Source: Piromyces finnis finn (Eukaryota > Fungi > Neocallimastigomycota). From it: DNA of 64,000 nucleotides. Both the position numbers and the translations under genes were made by a program. Under the pieces are notes generated by a model. The model saw only the letters and a program-made list of their open reading frames with translations, did not search any database and was not told the origin of the DNA. Location of the stretch: the NCBI GenBank assembly GCA_002104945.1, contig MCFH01000001.1, forward strand, positions 1 through 64,000, written 5' to 3'. Of this stretch, positions 48,428 to 62,870 are shown in pieces. The number at the start of each line of letters is the position of its first letter. Within the stretch, counting starts at the first letter, position 1.

Positions 48428-51400
48428 TGTAACAGTTGCCTCTTTTAGTAAAAATTATAATTAAATTCTATGTCATAATTTTAAATTATAAAATATTATA
48501 CGATAAAGTTAATTAATAAAATAAACCTTAAATAATAATAAAATACCTATAACTATCTTAACAATAAAATTTGGTAAAATTTTATAAGTATAAAATATTA
48601 TAAGTAATTATACTAATACTAATACTAAAGGTCTTAAATAATTATATACAAATAATATAACTATATAATAAAAATATTAATTAAAAAAATGTATAAAAAT
48701 TATATATTATAATTTTTATATTTTAAAAATAGAGTTAAACACTAATAAGGAATATAAATAGTTGAAGGTTAAATTCTAAAATTCTAGTTAATTCAACTAT
48801 TTATGTTCATTCCTTAACAATGAATGGTAGAAATAATGAAATTGTCTTAGTGGTTAGTAACTAAGACTTTGGTCCGAATGTCTTGAGCTCGGGACCTCTA
48901 AATTACTTTTTTTATTTATTTTATTTTAATTTTTTATTTTGATTTTTTTACCAACATGAAATTCTTTGATTGGTTAAGAAGTTTAAGTTGTAAAAAATCT
49001 TAAATTAATTTTAAAAATTTTTATATAAATACGAGTGAATTTTTCTAAATAATTTAAGAAAATTGAGTTTTTATTAATTAATAAATTATTGTTAAACACT
49101 AACCTATTAAGTTAGAAATTGTGTGTTTTTAATAATAATTTTAAATATTAATAATTAACAGTAATTAAAAGTGTTTATAATTACTAAGTTATTTTAGTAA
49201 ATTATTATAAATTTTTTTTATTGTTAAGAACACATTTCTTTACAATAAAAACTCCTTATAATAATAGACTTAATACCTTAGTGTTAAAGAAATAGTTATA
49301 GATAAAATTTATGTTTTATTATTGAAGCTTTTCTTTCAAAAACACATTAAAAAAATATATAATAATAATAAAATTGACATATAAAATAAAATAGTTAAAA
49401 TTTATTATAAAAAAACAGAGTATAGCTAGTAACAACACTTGAGTTGTGGAGGAGGCGCTCAAAGTTATTTTATAATTATAATTATTTTATAATAAATTTT
49501 AAATTATTTTTATTTTTTTGGAACGAAGTTTTAATAAAACACTTTATTTTTCAAGTTTTCTTGAAAATTAGATTTATTCAATAATATTTTGAAAATATTA
49601 TATAATAAACTAATATTGACTTCCTACGCGTCAAAAGTTAGACTTTGATACCATAATACTTTTGCGTTTAGGTATAGTTGAAACACGGGGAAACTAATTT
49701 GTTCAATTCTTTCATACTAACAAGAGTTAGCCATTAAAGAATTAAACAATATTACTTCCTATTATCGAAAGATATTAACATTCGACTTTACCTACTTTAT
49801 CGTAAAAGAGCTAAAGGAACTCTTAGATATTAGTTTATAACAAATTATATATTTGGTGGTCTAACACTATATAATTTGGCATATATTTTTAAATTATTTT
49901 TTAGTTAATAAATATAATTAAAGAAAACTTTTTTTAATAAAACATCTTTTTCTTTTTCTTTTAATTCGTTCCATTAAAAAAAAATTTTTTTTTTTGGAAG
50001 CTTTGTTTAATTTAATATTTATAATTGAAATATTTTTTCTTATCAATTTTGAGTTAAACAAATTATATTTCAGCAATAGACAGGCCTTATTGATTTATCA
50101 ACAGGGGCATATTAGAGGTAATAGTAAGAACCTGAAGCGCGTGACGGAACTTAGATCGCGTGAATGGGGTGACGGAAACATCTATTATCGGACGAAAGAC
50201 CCTTAATCAATAGTCTATTAAATATAATTTGGTCGGTAACTCAATTTGATAATAACAATATTAAATTTTCTTTCTTTAAGTTTCTTAAAAATATTATTTT
50301 CTTTGTATTCTAATTATAGTCTAAATCAATTCAAAATTCATAATTCCGAGACATTTTTCATTTTTTTTAAAAAAAAAAGTATAATTTCAAATTTAAGTAA
50401 TAGTCTAAGCTTCCTAAATAAATCGAAAGTCAAATAATCTAAGCTTTTAATTATAAGTCAAAATGGATGAAATTAATCAAAACATCTTTGACAATACTGC
50501 TCTGAAGGATGGATTTGCTGGGGATAAAAGATTTCTAAAAGGATTCCTGGCCAAGATAGAATTAGTGTTTCTTCTTTACCCTGAAAGATACCAAAATGAC
50601 GAAACAAAAATTTTATACGTTATTTCTCGTTTGTATGGAAATGCCTTGAATTAGGCAGCTACCTTAATCGAAAATCATGATCAATGTCTCCTAAACTATG
50701 ATGCTTTTGTCAGTAGATTAAAAACCTTCTATGGAAATAATGATGAAGTTTTCTTTGCTAACCAAATGCTTAAGAGGGTTAGACAGAAGAATATCGGCCG
50801 TGCCAACGACTACATTATGGAATTCAATAAATATGCAGACAGGTTTGGTCGACCAAGTTGCTTCACGTATTATTGAAATGTTTCCCGGACCAAAGAATCT
50901 TTCTTCTATGCAAACTATTGCTTCTAGGGTTGATTCAAGACTCGCTGTTAACAAAAAATTCTTTGGTCATAGCAATTCCGAAAACTATAAATCTAGAAGA
51001 AATAATAATTTCCCGAAGAGAAATAATAATAATTCTAATAAAAATAAGTTTCATGGACCTTTAAGCAAAGCCGATAAGGACAGAAGAAGAAAAAATAACT
51101 TATGTATGTACTGTGGCTCTTCCGACCATTCACTTGATAATTGTCCTTTAAAGCAAAAGAAGGATAAATCTTCGAATACTTCCTTTATGTCCATTCCAAC
51201 TAAACCAATTCGTCCAAGTCAAAGAACTATTGAAAATCCAGATTTTGTTGCAAACTTCAAAATTTCCTTTGAAAATTTCGTCCAAATTCTTATTGATTCA
51301 GGTTCAAAACTTAATCTAATTGATCGTGCTTATTGTGAAGAGAGCTCCATCCCTTATTACGATCATTGTGATCTTCCAAAAATTATCGGTATTGGCGGTA

Positions 51401-54400
51401 ATCAGGCAATTTTTGGTATAACACCACCTCTCAATCTCAAATATAAAGATTACGTTTGCAAAACTAACTTCTACGTCACAAACCTCCCAAGGTATTGTTG
51501 TATACTTGGTCTTGACTGGTTGATACTCCATAATCCAAGCATCGATTTTTCAACAAAGGATATAACTTTCAATTCTAACTATTGTTATTCTCATTGTGTT
51601 TCTATTTTTGGTGATTCATTACACTCTTACACTACATTTACTTCTAATGAAACAGCTTTTCCTATATTTTCAGCACAATCTCGTAATTCAATCGATCCTT
51701 CCATGACTAATTCTAATATTCAAACAGCACTTCCCATTTTCGTTTCTTCTAATGAAGAACCCGAGAAATCTGTTAATTCTTTTGTTTCAATCTCGAATAC
51801 TAGTGCTAATTCTATTAACTCTACATCCAATGACACCAATGTAGATCAAAATCCTGATACTCTTAAATCTTCTAAAAAATCTGTTTTCCTACCTTAAGAA
51901 CTTGATGAATTTCAAGATGTTTTTAATGAAATATCAGCTAACCAGCTACCTCCTCACCGTCCGTATGATTGCGAGATTAAATTAAAAGAAAATTCCAAAC
52001 TTTTTATGGCCCAATTTATCCTCTAACCGAAACTGAGTCTAACGCTTTAGAGGAATATATCAAAAAAAACCTTAGAAAGGGCTTTATTAGAAATACTAAA
52101 TCACCTGCCGGTGCTCCTGTTCTATTCGTCCCTAAGAAAAATGGTCAACTTCGGATGTGTGTTGACTATCGGCAATTAAATTCAATCACTATACGAGACT
52201 CTTATCCGCTTCCATTAATTCAAGATATGTTAGGACACCTCGAAAAAGGAAAAATATTTTCTAAATTGGATCTTCGTTCAGCTTATAACTTAGTCAGAAT
52301 TAAAAGTGGTGACGAATACAAAACCGCTTTCACCTGTAAGCTGGGTCATTTCGAATATTGCGTCATGCCTTTTGGTTTGAAAAATGCTCCTGCGGTTTTT
52401 CAACATTTCATTAATGATGTTCTAGAAGTTCTCGGAAAATTTGCTTTCTCTTATATTCATGATATAATCATTTTTTCCCAAGATTACGAAAGCCATGTAA
52501 AGCATGTTAAAACCGTCTTAAAGCTCTTAAGATCTGCTGGTCTCTATGCGAAGCTCGAAAAATGTGAATTTTTCGTTCCGTTTATTGACTTCTTAGGTCA
52601 TAGAATTTCCGTCGATGATATCCATATGGATCCTAACAAAGTCTCTTCTATTTTAAATTGGCCTACATCCTCCAATGTTAAAGAAGTCCAATCTTTTCTG
52701 GGTCTCGCTAATTATTATAGACGATTTATTCCAAACTTCGCAAAAATTGCTCATCCATTACATAAACTCTTAAAGAAGAATGTTAAATTTTTATGGACCA
52801 ATGAAGCACAAGTCGCTTTTGACACACTTAAGTCGCTATTTGTCTCTGCTCCTGTTCTTATTTTTCCTAATCGAGATCTACTATTTATTGTCGAGACCGA
52901 CTCAAGTAATTTTGCTATAGGAGCAATCCTCTCTCAAGTTTCTCCCAGTGATAATATGACTCATCCAGTTGCTTTCTTTTCCCGTTCACTTACTGGTCCT
53001 GAACAAAATTATCCTATTTACGACAAAGAACTCCTTGCTATTGTCGCAGCTCTGGAAACTTGGCGTCACCTCCTCAAAGGTTCTTCTTCTACTTTTAAAA
53101 TATACTCGGATCATAAGAACCTCCTTTACCATAAGAAACCAGAAAAGATGTCTCAACGTTTTGTCAGATGGGCTTTATTTCTTTCTGAATTTAACTTCGT
53201 TATTATTTACCGTTCTGGCTCTTTTAACGGTAAACCTGACGTTCTTTCCCGTCGTTCTGATTATGTCGCTAATTCAAATCCTTCATCTGATATTCATTTC
53301 AATGTTTTCGTCCTGAAAATTTTTGTGCTATTGTAACTTCAGTGTCTACCATAAGTGATTCTTTCCTCTCTGAATACAAAAATGATGAACTCTATAATAA
53401 AATTTGTGATTATCTCGATTGTGGGAAGCCTCCAATCCCTCATCCCCAAATCGACAAATTTTCTTTAATAGCTTTCTCCTTTTTGCTGATCGCATTTATG
53501 TTCCTTCCAAATACCGCCTCTCCATTCTTAAACTTTGTCATGATTCTCCTTCCGCTGGTCACTTTGGCATTAAAAGAACTATTTCTCTTATTTCTGGAGA
53601 TTTTTGGTGGCCATCAATTACAACCGATGTTAAAAACTACGTTCGCTCTTGTGAAACCTGTTGCCGTTCAAAAAATTCCCACCATAAACTTTACGGTTTC
53701 CTTAACCCCCTTGAAATAGCCGATCGACCTTGGTCTTCTATTTCAATGGATTTTGTTACTGATCTTCCTTCTTCATCTGGTTAAACTTGTATTCTGGTAA
53801 CTATCTATCTTCTCACTAAAATGATTCATCTTATCCCCTTTAAAGGTATTCCTTCTGCATCAGAAACAGCTTCCACTTTCATTGATAATATATTTCGTCT
53901 TCACGGGTTACCTTCTTCTATTATAACGGATAGAGGTTCCCAATTTATCTCTATATTTTTCCAATCTATTTGTTCTTCCCTTATTATTGATCTTAAGTTT
54001 TCTTCTCCATTCCATCATCAATCTAATGGTCAAACGGAGAGGGTAAACTCCGTTATTGAACAATACTTAAGATGTTTCTCAAACTATAAAGGGTCCGATT
54101 GGAAAAATTTTCTTAGTCTTGCTGAATTCAGTTATAATAATTCAGTTCAAGAATCATCAAAAATTTCACTATTCTTTGCAAACTACGGTTTCCATCCAAG
54201 ACATTCACCAATTATCCCAGATCAGTCAAATGTCCCAAGAGCAGAAGAATATACAAAAGATTTTAAGTCCTTGATTAATACTCTTAAAGAAAACTAAAAA
54301 GCTGCTATCGAGTCCCAAAAGAAGCATGCTAATAAACTCAGGAAAGACGCACCAAAATTCATGGTTGGAGATATGGTCTGGTTAGATAGTTCTTTAATTA

Positions 54401-55013
54401 TCCACAAAGGAAACAAAAAATTCAAACCAAGAAAACTCGGTCCATTTAAAATTTCAAAGAAAATCTCTGATGTTTCATTTAAACTTAAACTTCCGAAGTC
54501 AATAAAGATACATCCTGTTGTCCACGTCTCAAATCTCGAACCATATTTCAAGGATAAATTCGAAAGATCACAACCTCCACCGCCACCCATCATTGTTGAC
54601 AACGAAGAAGAGTATGAAGTTGAAGAAATTCTAGATAAAAGGAAACATTACGGAAAAACTCAATATTTGATAAAATGGAAAGGATACTCTCTCAATGAGG
54701 CTTCATGGGAACCTGAAAAAAATCTCAATTGTGAAGAATTACTCAAGAAATTTAATGAAAGAAATTGAAATGTTAAACCTTTAATTTATATTGTTTTATA
54801 TTATTTTATTTTATAGTAAATGAAAAGAGAAGAGAGATTTAAAAAAAAATTTTATTGTTTTCTTAATTTTAGTTTAGTTATTTTAAAATATATTTTCATG
54901 TAATTAAAATCTTATAATGTAAAAAAAAAAAAAAAAAAATTTCACTCGATTAAATATTTAATAAACTAGTTTAGTTCTTTTCGATTCATCTGGTATCCGA
55001 ATCCTCGAGGAGG
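48428..55013 (+). mobile_element. Ty3/Gypsy chromovirus H, decayed, lacking its own 3' LTR
   Basis: 5' LTR ends TTTACA at 49244 (start TGTAAC at 48428 is tentative); 1.2-kb leader; gag-pol 50463-54768; purine tract GAGGAGG at 55007-55013 followed by an A-family LTR. Confidence 0.85.
50463..54768 (+). pseudogene. pol: Gag-Pol of H with stops, a deletion and frameshifts; canonical chromodomain
   Basis: CMYCGSSDHSLDNC; LIDSGS; RT active site mutated to YIHD; VETDSS; integrase; [32 protein letters not shown]. Confidence 0.92.
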
Positions 55014-55799
55014 TGTAAAATGTTGTATTAATAGAATAATGTATTTAATACGTATTTAAAATAATGTATAATGTATTAAATTAATGTACCGTAAAATTTC
55101 ACAAAATTTATATCACAATACATTAACATAAATTTATGAAAAATTTAATTTGATGATAAGATAAAGTTTTTGATGATAAAATAAAATTTTAAATTAAATA
55201 ATTTTTAACCAATAAATATATTATAGATAATAAAAAAAATTTTTTTTATAAACTAAGCCCCAAAATTAAAAATAAATAAATTAAATATATGTTTGAAATA
55301 TAATCAACCAAATAAATCAAAACTTTATTTTAAGTTTAGAAAATTCTTTATTAAATAAATTGAATTTAAATAGTTTAATACAAATAAATTCTTTTAATAA
55401 ATGTATAAATGTAAACAATGTAAAATTATAATATTAAAACATGTATATTAGAATTTATTCAATTTATTTAAAAAGTATAAATAAAGAAAATTTTTCAACT
55501 ATTGAAACGATACTTGGAAAATCGTATAGGTTAATTTAGTATAGATGAATTAACATTAGTTTATAGTTTAGTATATAGTTTAGTTAATTTAGTTTTTAAT
55601 AATAAAAGAATTATTTATTGATTACCTAGTGAGGGCTCTGGTCAAATAACCTTCACGGTAAAGTAATCAACGGTTGTTTTTAGAATAGATTTTTTTTTAA
55701 TAAAATTATGAATAAAAATATTAAAATTAATTAGTTTAATTGTGTTAATTTAGTTTAGTGTACGTATACAAACCTGAACTTAGGTTAGTTTATTTTACA
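55014..55799 (+). repeat. Family A LTR with non-matching flanks (probable recombinant)
   Basis: Full-length homologue of 1864-2698. Left flank GGAGG, right flank CAAAG, which matches the left flank at 23961-23965. Confidence 0.9.
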
Positions 55800-55820
55800 C
55801 AAAGGTACTGTAACGAATAC

Positions 55821-56393
55821 TGTTACAATAACATATAAAAATTTAAAAAATTTGGACACATGGAAAAAATTTATTTTTTAAATTTTTATTAAAAAAATTC
55901 AAAGTATAAAATTTCTAATCTTTGAAATTATTAAATATTTTTAAAATTATTAAAATTTTATTATTAAAAATTTTATTTTAAATTTATTAACTATTTACAA
56001 TAATTATATTAATTTTTAATTTATAAAAATTAAATATTTTATAATTAAACAATAATTAATTAAAATTAAAAAATGTAATAATTAAAATTGTTCATGTATA
56101 AAAAGAACAAAAATTTACAAAAATTATGAAGCTTTAGCGTTAGTAATTTTTTAACTTAAAGTTAATATAATTTATAAACTCCTATTAAACCCAAAACTTT
56201 AAAAATTTTAATATTTTTAATAACTTAATATATGCTGATATTAAGTTATTGCTAAAATAAAAATATTACTTAATTTTCTTTATATAAATATTATTAGCTT
56301 TACGCCTTCAATAGGAAAGCGTATTATATTTGTTAATTAATATAATTAGTGTGCTTACCACACTTTTCTTTAATAAAAAATCGCTTTTTGACA
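55821..56393. repeat. Probable solo LTR (family I)
   Basis: TGTTACA...TTGACA termini; flanks AATAC and AATA (imperfect); no second copy in the window. Confidence 0.5.
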
Positions 56394-57200
56394 AATAATA
56401 TAATTTGATAGTAATCTTAATTTTGAATTTTACTTCAAAAAGTGATTATTATATTATATCTTTGAGTATAACTATATAAGTTATATGGATTAGAATTTAA
56501 AATTGTTTTTATAAAAATTAATAAAGTTGTTTTATTAGAAACATTCGTTTTTCTAATATTTAATTATTTAAAATTTTATTCATTTAATTATAAAAGTGAT
56601 TATTAAAATTATAAAAATATCAATTAAACTATATAATATTTCTTTATTAATAATAATGATGATGATTAAAATAAGAATATTTACATGTATTTATATTTTC
56701 TTTTAAATTTAAACTATTTACATTAAAATAATAAAATTAATAACTATTTACAATAAAAGTAATAAAAGTAATTAAAAAATAACAATAAAAGAAACAATTA
56801 AAAGTTAAAGAATATAAAAAGTTGTTTATTTTACAATTAATTAAAATAATAATTATTTTTAATATTTTAATAAAAGTGTTTAATTATATTATTTTATAAC
56901 ATGAATTATTATGTTTGCTTACTTTTAAAGTGTAATTTACTAACGAAATTATTAAATATTTAATTTAACAATTAATTTAACAAAAGTTATATATTTTGAT
57001 CTCGATTAATTAAAGTTTATTATTTTCTTTCAATAATCAAAATATATGCAGTATTAAGGATTAATTTTATTTTAGAATTTTGGTACAGTAATTAATTAAA
57101 CTATAACTTATTTTAAGTTATTTTTAGGGTTAACTTAGAAATCAGGTTAAATAATAATTCTATATTTATTAATTTCATTATTTATCAGTTTCTCGGCCTT

Positions 57201-60200
57201 TTAAGAATTAACTTCGTCCCTTGAAGTTAAATTTTGTTCTGGTAGAACGTAAGGGAAAATATTTTTAATATGTACACTTCTATCAAGCAGTTTTCCTGTA
57301 TGTAGATCTTCAAGTACAACAGTATTAAATTTTTGTTTATTAACAACTTTATAAGGACCATAAAAATAAGGATTTAATTTACTTCTTCCTATTAATCTTA
57401 TCATAACATAATCACCCGGTTTATAAGTCTTCTTTAAAGCTTTGGATAAACCTATTCTATGTTCCCAATATTGATTAGCATGATTAGAATATTCAGTAGC
57501 TTGTTTTACCCAATTTTGATGCCTTAAAAATCTTCTAAAAATATATTCTTCTGTTTCATTAGGATCTTTATAAATATCAGGAAACATTATTTCTAATGGC
57601 CATGTGTCTCTTCTACCATATAATAATTCGAAACTACTAAACTTAGTTTTTGAATTTTTGGTAGTTTTATGTGCCCACAGTACAGATGGTAAATATTCAT
57701 CCCATTCGGATTCATTTTCAATTAAGAGTCTTAAAGTTTTTTCAATTTCTCTATTTCGATTTTCAATCATACCGTTTGATTCTGGATGGTGAGGAGAAAC
57801 AAAATGCACACATGATCCATATAAATCAATCATCATTTTAGTAATATCAGAAATAAATGAACTTCCGTTATCAGTAACAATAATTTCTGGGGTTCCATGT
57901 CTTGTTATTACTTCTATTAAAAATTTTATTACTTTTTCAGATTTAATATTTGAAACAGGTTTTGTTTCAATCCATTTGGTGAAATAATCAACAAGGGTAA
58001 TTATATAAGAATTTCCTTGCTTAGTAATTGGTAATGGACCTACTATATCAAGTCCAACTCTAGTAAATGGTTGTTCGACTGGAGTAATATTATCTTCAGT
58101 ATTTTTAGGAAATGGTTTTGGTCTACATAATTGACATTTTCTACAGGACTTTACCCACATTCTAACATCATTCCAAATACCAGGCCAATAGTAAGATTTT
58201 AAAATTCTATTTGTGGTCTTTTCAGCACCTTCATGACCAACAGAATGAGCACGACTAATAATATCCTTTTTATCTTCATCTTTATAAATAACTTTAAGAT
58301 ATAATTCATCTTTTTTGTAATAAAGAGTATTATCAACAACTTGATAATTCTTTGTAAAATATTTTTTTATTCCTTCAGGTAGGTCTAAATCTCTTGGATT
58401 AAAATCAGATAAAATTGCATAAGCACAATTTACTATTTCATCATAGTTTTTAGAAGGCAACCTTGAAAGAGCATCAGCAAAGACATTTTTCTTTCCTTTA
58501 TCATATTTTAATTCAATTTTATATTTATTAAATTCTTCGATCCATCTAGCATGCCTACCTTTTGATGGGATATTCTTTTTATAAAATCTAAGTAATGGTT
58601 TATGATCGGTAATTAATATAGTAGGATTTTTATTACTTATAATATATTGACGAAATTGTAAAATAGCATAATATATTGCTAATCCTTCAAGATCAGTAAC
58701 AGAATAATTTTTTTCTGAAGTAGATAAGGTACGATTAATACAACAAATTGGATGTTCCAATTTGTTCCCCTCCACCTGTAAGAGTACAGCACCAATGCCA
58801 TTAGTTGATGCATCAGTACGAATAATAAATTCTTTATTAAAATCAGGATAACTTAAAATAGGATCGCTTAATAGACATTATCGAATATCTTCAAAAGCAT
58901 CATTACATTCTTGTGACCAAATATATTCTTGGTCTTTCTTTAATAAATTAAAAAGAGAACTTGCTCTAATAGAAAAAATTTTGAATAAATTTGTAGTAGT
59001 AACTAGCTAAACCTAGGAATGATCTTAGTTCATTAATATTTCTTGGAGCATTCCATAAGGCAATTGTAAAGATATCAAACGCTTCTGTTTGATATTTTTA
59101 ATGTAACTTAAGCCACAAGTATTATTGTTTAAGTTACACAAATTATATTACAGAAAAAGAAAATGAGACATAATTTATTTATTAATAATTAAAGTTTAAA
59201 ACAAAATAAATTAAATTTCTCAATTTAATTTCTTAGTTTTAATATTGTTTTTGATAGAAAAAGATGAATATTATATAAATAATAAATGATTAATATATAA
59301 ATAATACATGGGCACATATTCAAATTAAATAGTACTTGATTTGAATTGCCTATTTAATTTTACTAAAATAGTTATAGTTTAAATATTCTATTAATAATTA
59401 AGATTTTAGTGTAGGTTTTAAATAATAATATATTTTAAATAAATAGTTATAATATAATATAAATGTATTTAGGAAAAATATAAATAGAAGATATTTTTCA
59501 TCATTTTATCAATGTAATTGTTATTAATAAAATTTCTATTATAATAAAAGATATTTCTAATAAAACAATTTTTATTTTTATTTTAAATTTAGTGTTATTG
59601 TAATAGAATAGATATCTATTCTTTCTGTGTCACCATTACAGCAATACTTTGAACTTTAGAAGGAACAGTTTTTAATCCATTAGGTGTAAGTACATGTCCT
59701 AGTACTTCTACCTTTTCTTGAAAAAATTTACATTTTTGCAAATTAAGAGAAAGATTATATTTAGACAATATTTCAAAAACTTGTTGTAAATGATAAAGAT
59801 GTTCTTCTGGTAATTTAGAATAAACAACAATATCATCAATATAAACAAAAAGACATTTACCAATTAATGGTAAGAGAATCCTGTTCATTTCTCTCTGGAA
59901 AGTAGCGTGAGCATTAGTTAAACCAAATGGCTTTACTTTAAAATTATAATTACCAAATTTTGTTGTAAAAGCAGTTTTTTCAATATCATTTGGGTTCATA
60001 GGAATTTGGTGGTAGCCAGAATATAAATCTAAATCAGAAAATATTTTTGTACAACAATTATTAATATTTATTTTTAAAGTAGTAAAAATATTTGTAGGAA
60101 CAGTAGTACCATTAGCAATAGTTATATTTTGTTCCTCACCACTATTTTCAATATTTTTATTTGATAATTTATTAAAACCATTTGTAGTAATGATATTGAC

Positions 60201-60290
60201 ATTTGCGCCAGCATCGTAAAGAATTTTTAAATATTTTCCATCTATGTCGCCAATTATTAATGGAATATTAGAGTTATAAGTACAATAATA
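57201..60290 (-). pseudogene. pol: Pol remnant of E: protease joined directly to mid-RT, then RNase H and integrase
   Basis: ILYDAGANVN protease (about 60290-60060) fused to KIFSDLDLYSGYHQ; YIDD; IRTDAS; VGLDIVGP, TDNG, NGMIE; interrupted by solo LTR 59065-59640. Confidence 0.9.
59065..59640 (+). repeat. Solo LTR, family G
   Basis: Same termini as 40020-40639; TSD GCAAT. Confidence 0.93.
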
Positions 60291-62043
60291 TGTTTTTATT
60301 TACAACAATCTTTATTTACAATAATATAATTTTATTTACAGGTATTTTATTTATTATACTCTTATTAATAAAATATAATATTATATAATGTTTATTAATA
60401 TAAAAGAAGTAATTGATTGTTATTTGTAGACACTTGTAGATATTTGTTTTAGTTTTATTGTAATTAAGAAGATTTTACTTTTGAGAAAATATTAAGAATA
60501 TATTTTATTTATATTAAGTTATTTATTTATTAGTATTGGTAAAAAAATATTTAATTTAGAGTAGGATGTTTATTTTTATTTCTTCATTATAAAGCAGAAA
60601 ATAATATTGATTATGTTATTATAGTACCTTCAGAGTACCCGACAGTTTCGTTACCGTGCCTTTCGACCTCCACTAACTAACCGTCATAAATATTAAGTGG
60701 TGTAATATTTACTTATTAGTTAGCGCTCTACTCCCCACGATATGTGATAAAACTGCACTCTTACTAACTTACTATAAAACACTTTAATTATCTTAGTAAT
60801 TAATTAACCGAAAAGATAAACAAAAGTTATTTTTCGCTGAAAATTAACTAAAAAGACAACTCAATATTATTGCTTTTATTATTTAAATTTTATAACAATA
60901 CTCTTAATTTTATTTGACCGATGATTATATTTTATAATTTTTATTAAATAATTTTTATATTTAATTTATAAATTATAATTATTAATTTTTAATTATAATT
61001 TATGTATTTCTTTTTCTTTTTTTTTTTTTTTAAAAAAAAAATAATTAAATATAAAACTTTATTTACAGGATTTATTTTTCGCTTTTTAATGCCTTACAAC
61101 AATTTAATTAACCGGCAAAAGCTACTAACTAGAGGTGATATACTAGACCTCAAAATAAATTTAAACTATATATTTTTATGTTGCTTTACCTTCACAACAA
61201 ACCTTTAGCCTTCGGTGACTAAAGTTCCTTATTCGCCATAGTTCACTAAAGTATTCAACTTGAGAGTCCTGTATTGCGTGCTTTTTATCACACTAACAAT
61301 CCCTTTCCCCAAGTAAGCGTGCTATTCACACTCGTCCTACTTTTACAAATACTTCAGTGATTAACAGCTATAGTTTCTAACCAACTAAAACTAGTTAATT
61401 ATACACTGAAACTCTGTATATGAGCTCTATACGCTCCTAGTATATTTATACAAGTATTTTTATTTATAAAGTTTTATATTTAAATTTTTTTTGGTGTATA
61501 TATTTTTATATATATACTTAAATCTTTATTTATTATTATTTTAATTTATTTTTATTATATTTGTTTTTATGTATATATACCTAATATATATACCTATTTT
61601 ATTATTATAATTAATTCTTTCAACTATCTTATAATATTATCAATCTATTTATCTAATAATTCTTCTATACTATTTTTTTTTAATTCTTTTCTTATTTAAA
61701 ATATCTATATATTTTATATAATATATAATGTTTATATCAATTTACTATATTAATACTATACTATTAAGTATTATAATTTATTTATTTTATTTTAATATTG
61801 TTTTAATAATATTTAAATAATATTTCAATATTGAATATTGATTTATTATTTTAATATTATTTTATTATTTAATAAGTTATAATTTCTAAATAGATAAAAT
61901 ATTGAGAATATTTAACTATTCTATTAACTATCTATTCTATACTATTATAACTTGATTATTCAATTAATTTCATAGAATATTTTACTATTCTATATGAAAT
62001 TTTTATATAAAGAAAATTTTATATATTTACCTTATTTTGATTC

Positions 62044-62060
62044 TCCGGTTCGAAGGACCA
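62044..62060 (-). promoter_or_regulatory. PBS of E, complementary to the 3' end of tRNA-Tyr
   Basis: The plus strand reads TCCGGTTCGAAGGACCA, matching the eukaryotic tRNA-Tyr 3' end ..CCGG(C/T)TCGAAGGACCA; one nt from the LTR end. Confidence 0.8.
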
Positions 62061-62061
62061 T

Positions 62062-62870
62062 TGATATAATTTGATAATAATCTTAATTTTGAATTTTACT
62101 TCAAAAAGTGATTATTATATTATATCTTTGAGTATAACTATATAAGTTATATGGATTAGAATTTAAAATTGTTTTTATAAAAATTAATAAAATTGTTTTA
62201 TTAAAAACACTGAATTGTTTTATTAGAAACACTCGTTTTTCTAATATTTAATTATTTAAAATTTTATTCATTTAATTATAAAAGTGATTATTAAAATTAT
62301 AAAAATATCAATTAAACTATATAATATTTCTTTATTAATAATAATGATGATGATTAAAATAAGAATATTTATATGTATTTATATTTTCTTTTAAATTTAA
62401 ACTATTTACATTAAAATAATAAAATTAATAACTATTTACAATAAAAGTAATAAAAGTAATTAAAAATAACAATAAAAGAAACAATTAAAAATTAAAGAAT
62501 ATAAAAAGTTATTTATTTTACAATTAATTAAAATAATAATTATTTTTAATATTTTAATAAAAGTGTTTAATTATATTATTTTATAACATGAATTATTATA
62601 TTTGTTTACTTTTAAAGTGTAATTTACTAACGAAATTATTAAATATTTAATTTAACAATTAATTTAAAGTTATATATTTTGATCTCGATTAATTAAAGTT
62701 CATTGTTTTCTTTCAATAATTAAAATATATGCAGTGTTAAGGATTAATTTTATTTTAGAATTTTGGTATAGTAATTAATTAAACTATAACTTATTTTAAG
62801 TTATTTTTAGGGTTAACTTAAAAATCAGGTTTAATAATAATTTTATATTTATTAATTTCATTATTTATCA
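62062..62870 (-). repeat. 5' LTR of E
   Basis: Homologous to 56398-57187 and 24214-25765; followed by the PBS on the minus strand. Confidence 0.92.

Larger units (their letters stand above)
56398..62870 (-). mobile_element. Ty3/Gypsy element E, internal-deletion derivative (no recognisable gag, partial RT)
   Basis: LTRs 62870-62062 and 57187 to about 56398; PBS 62060-62044; PPT AAAAGGCCGAGAAAC abutting the 3' LTR; outer flank AATAC at 62871-62875 matches 55816-55820. Confidence 0.88.

Noticed and set aside
49994-50206. 70-aa ORF over the shared leader module as a conserved peptide
   Set aside because: The D copy has TAG in the equivalent frame, the ORF track start is not an ATG, and the substitutions fit base pairing.
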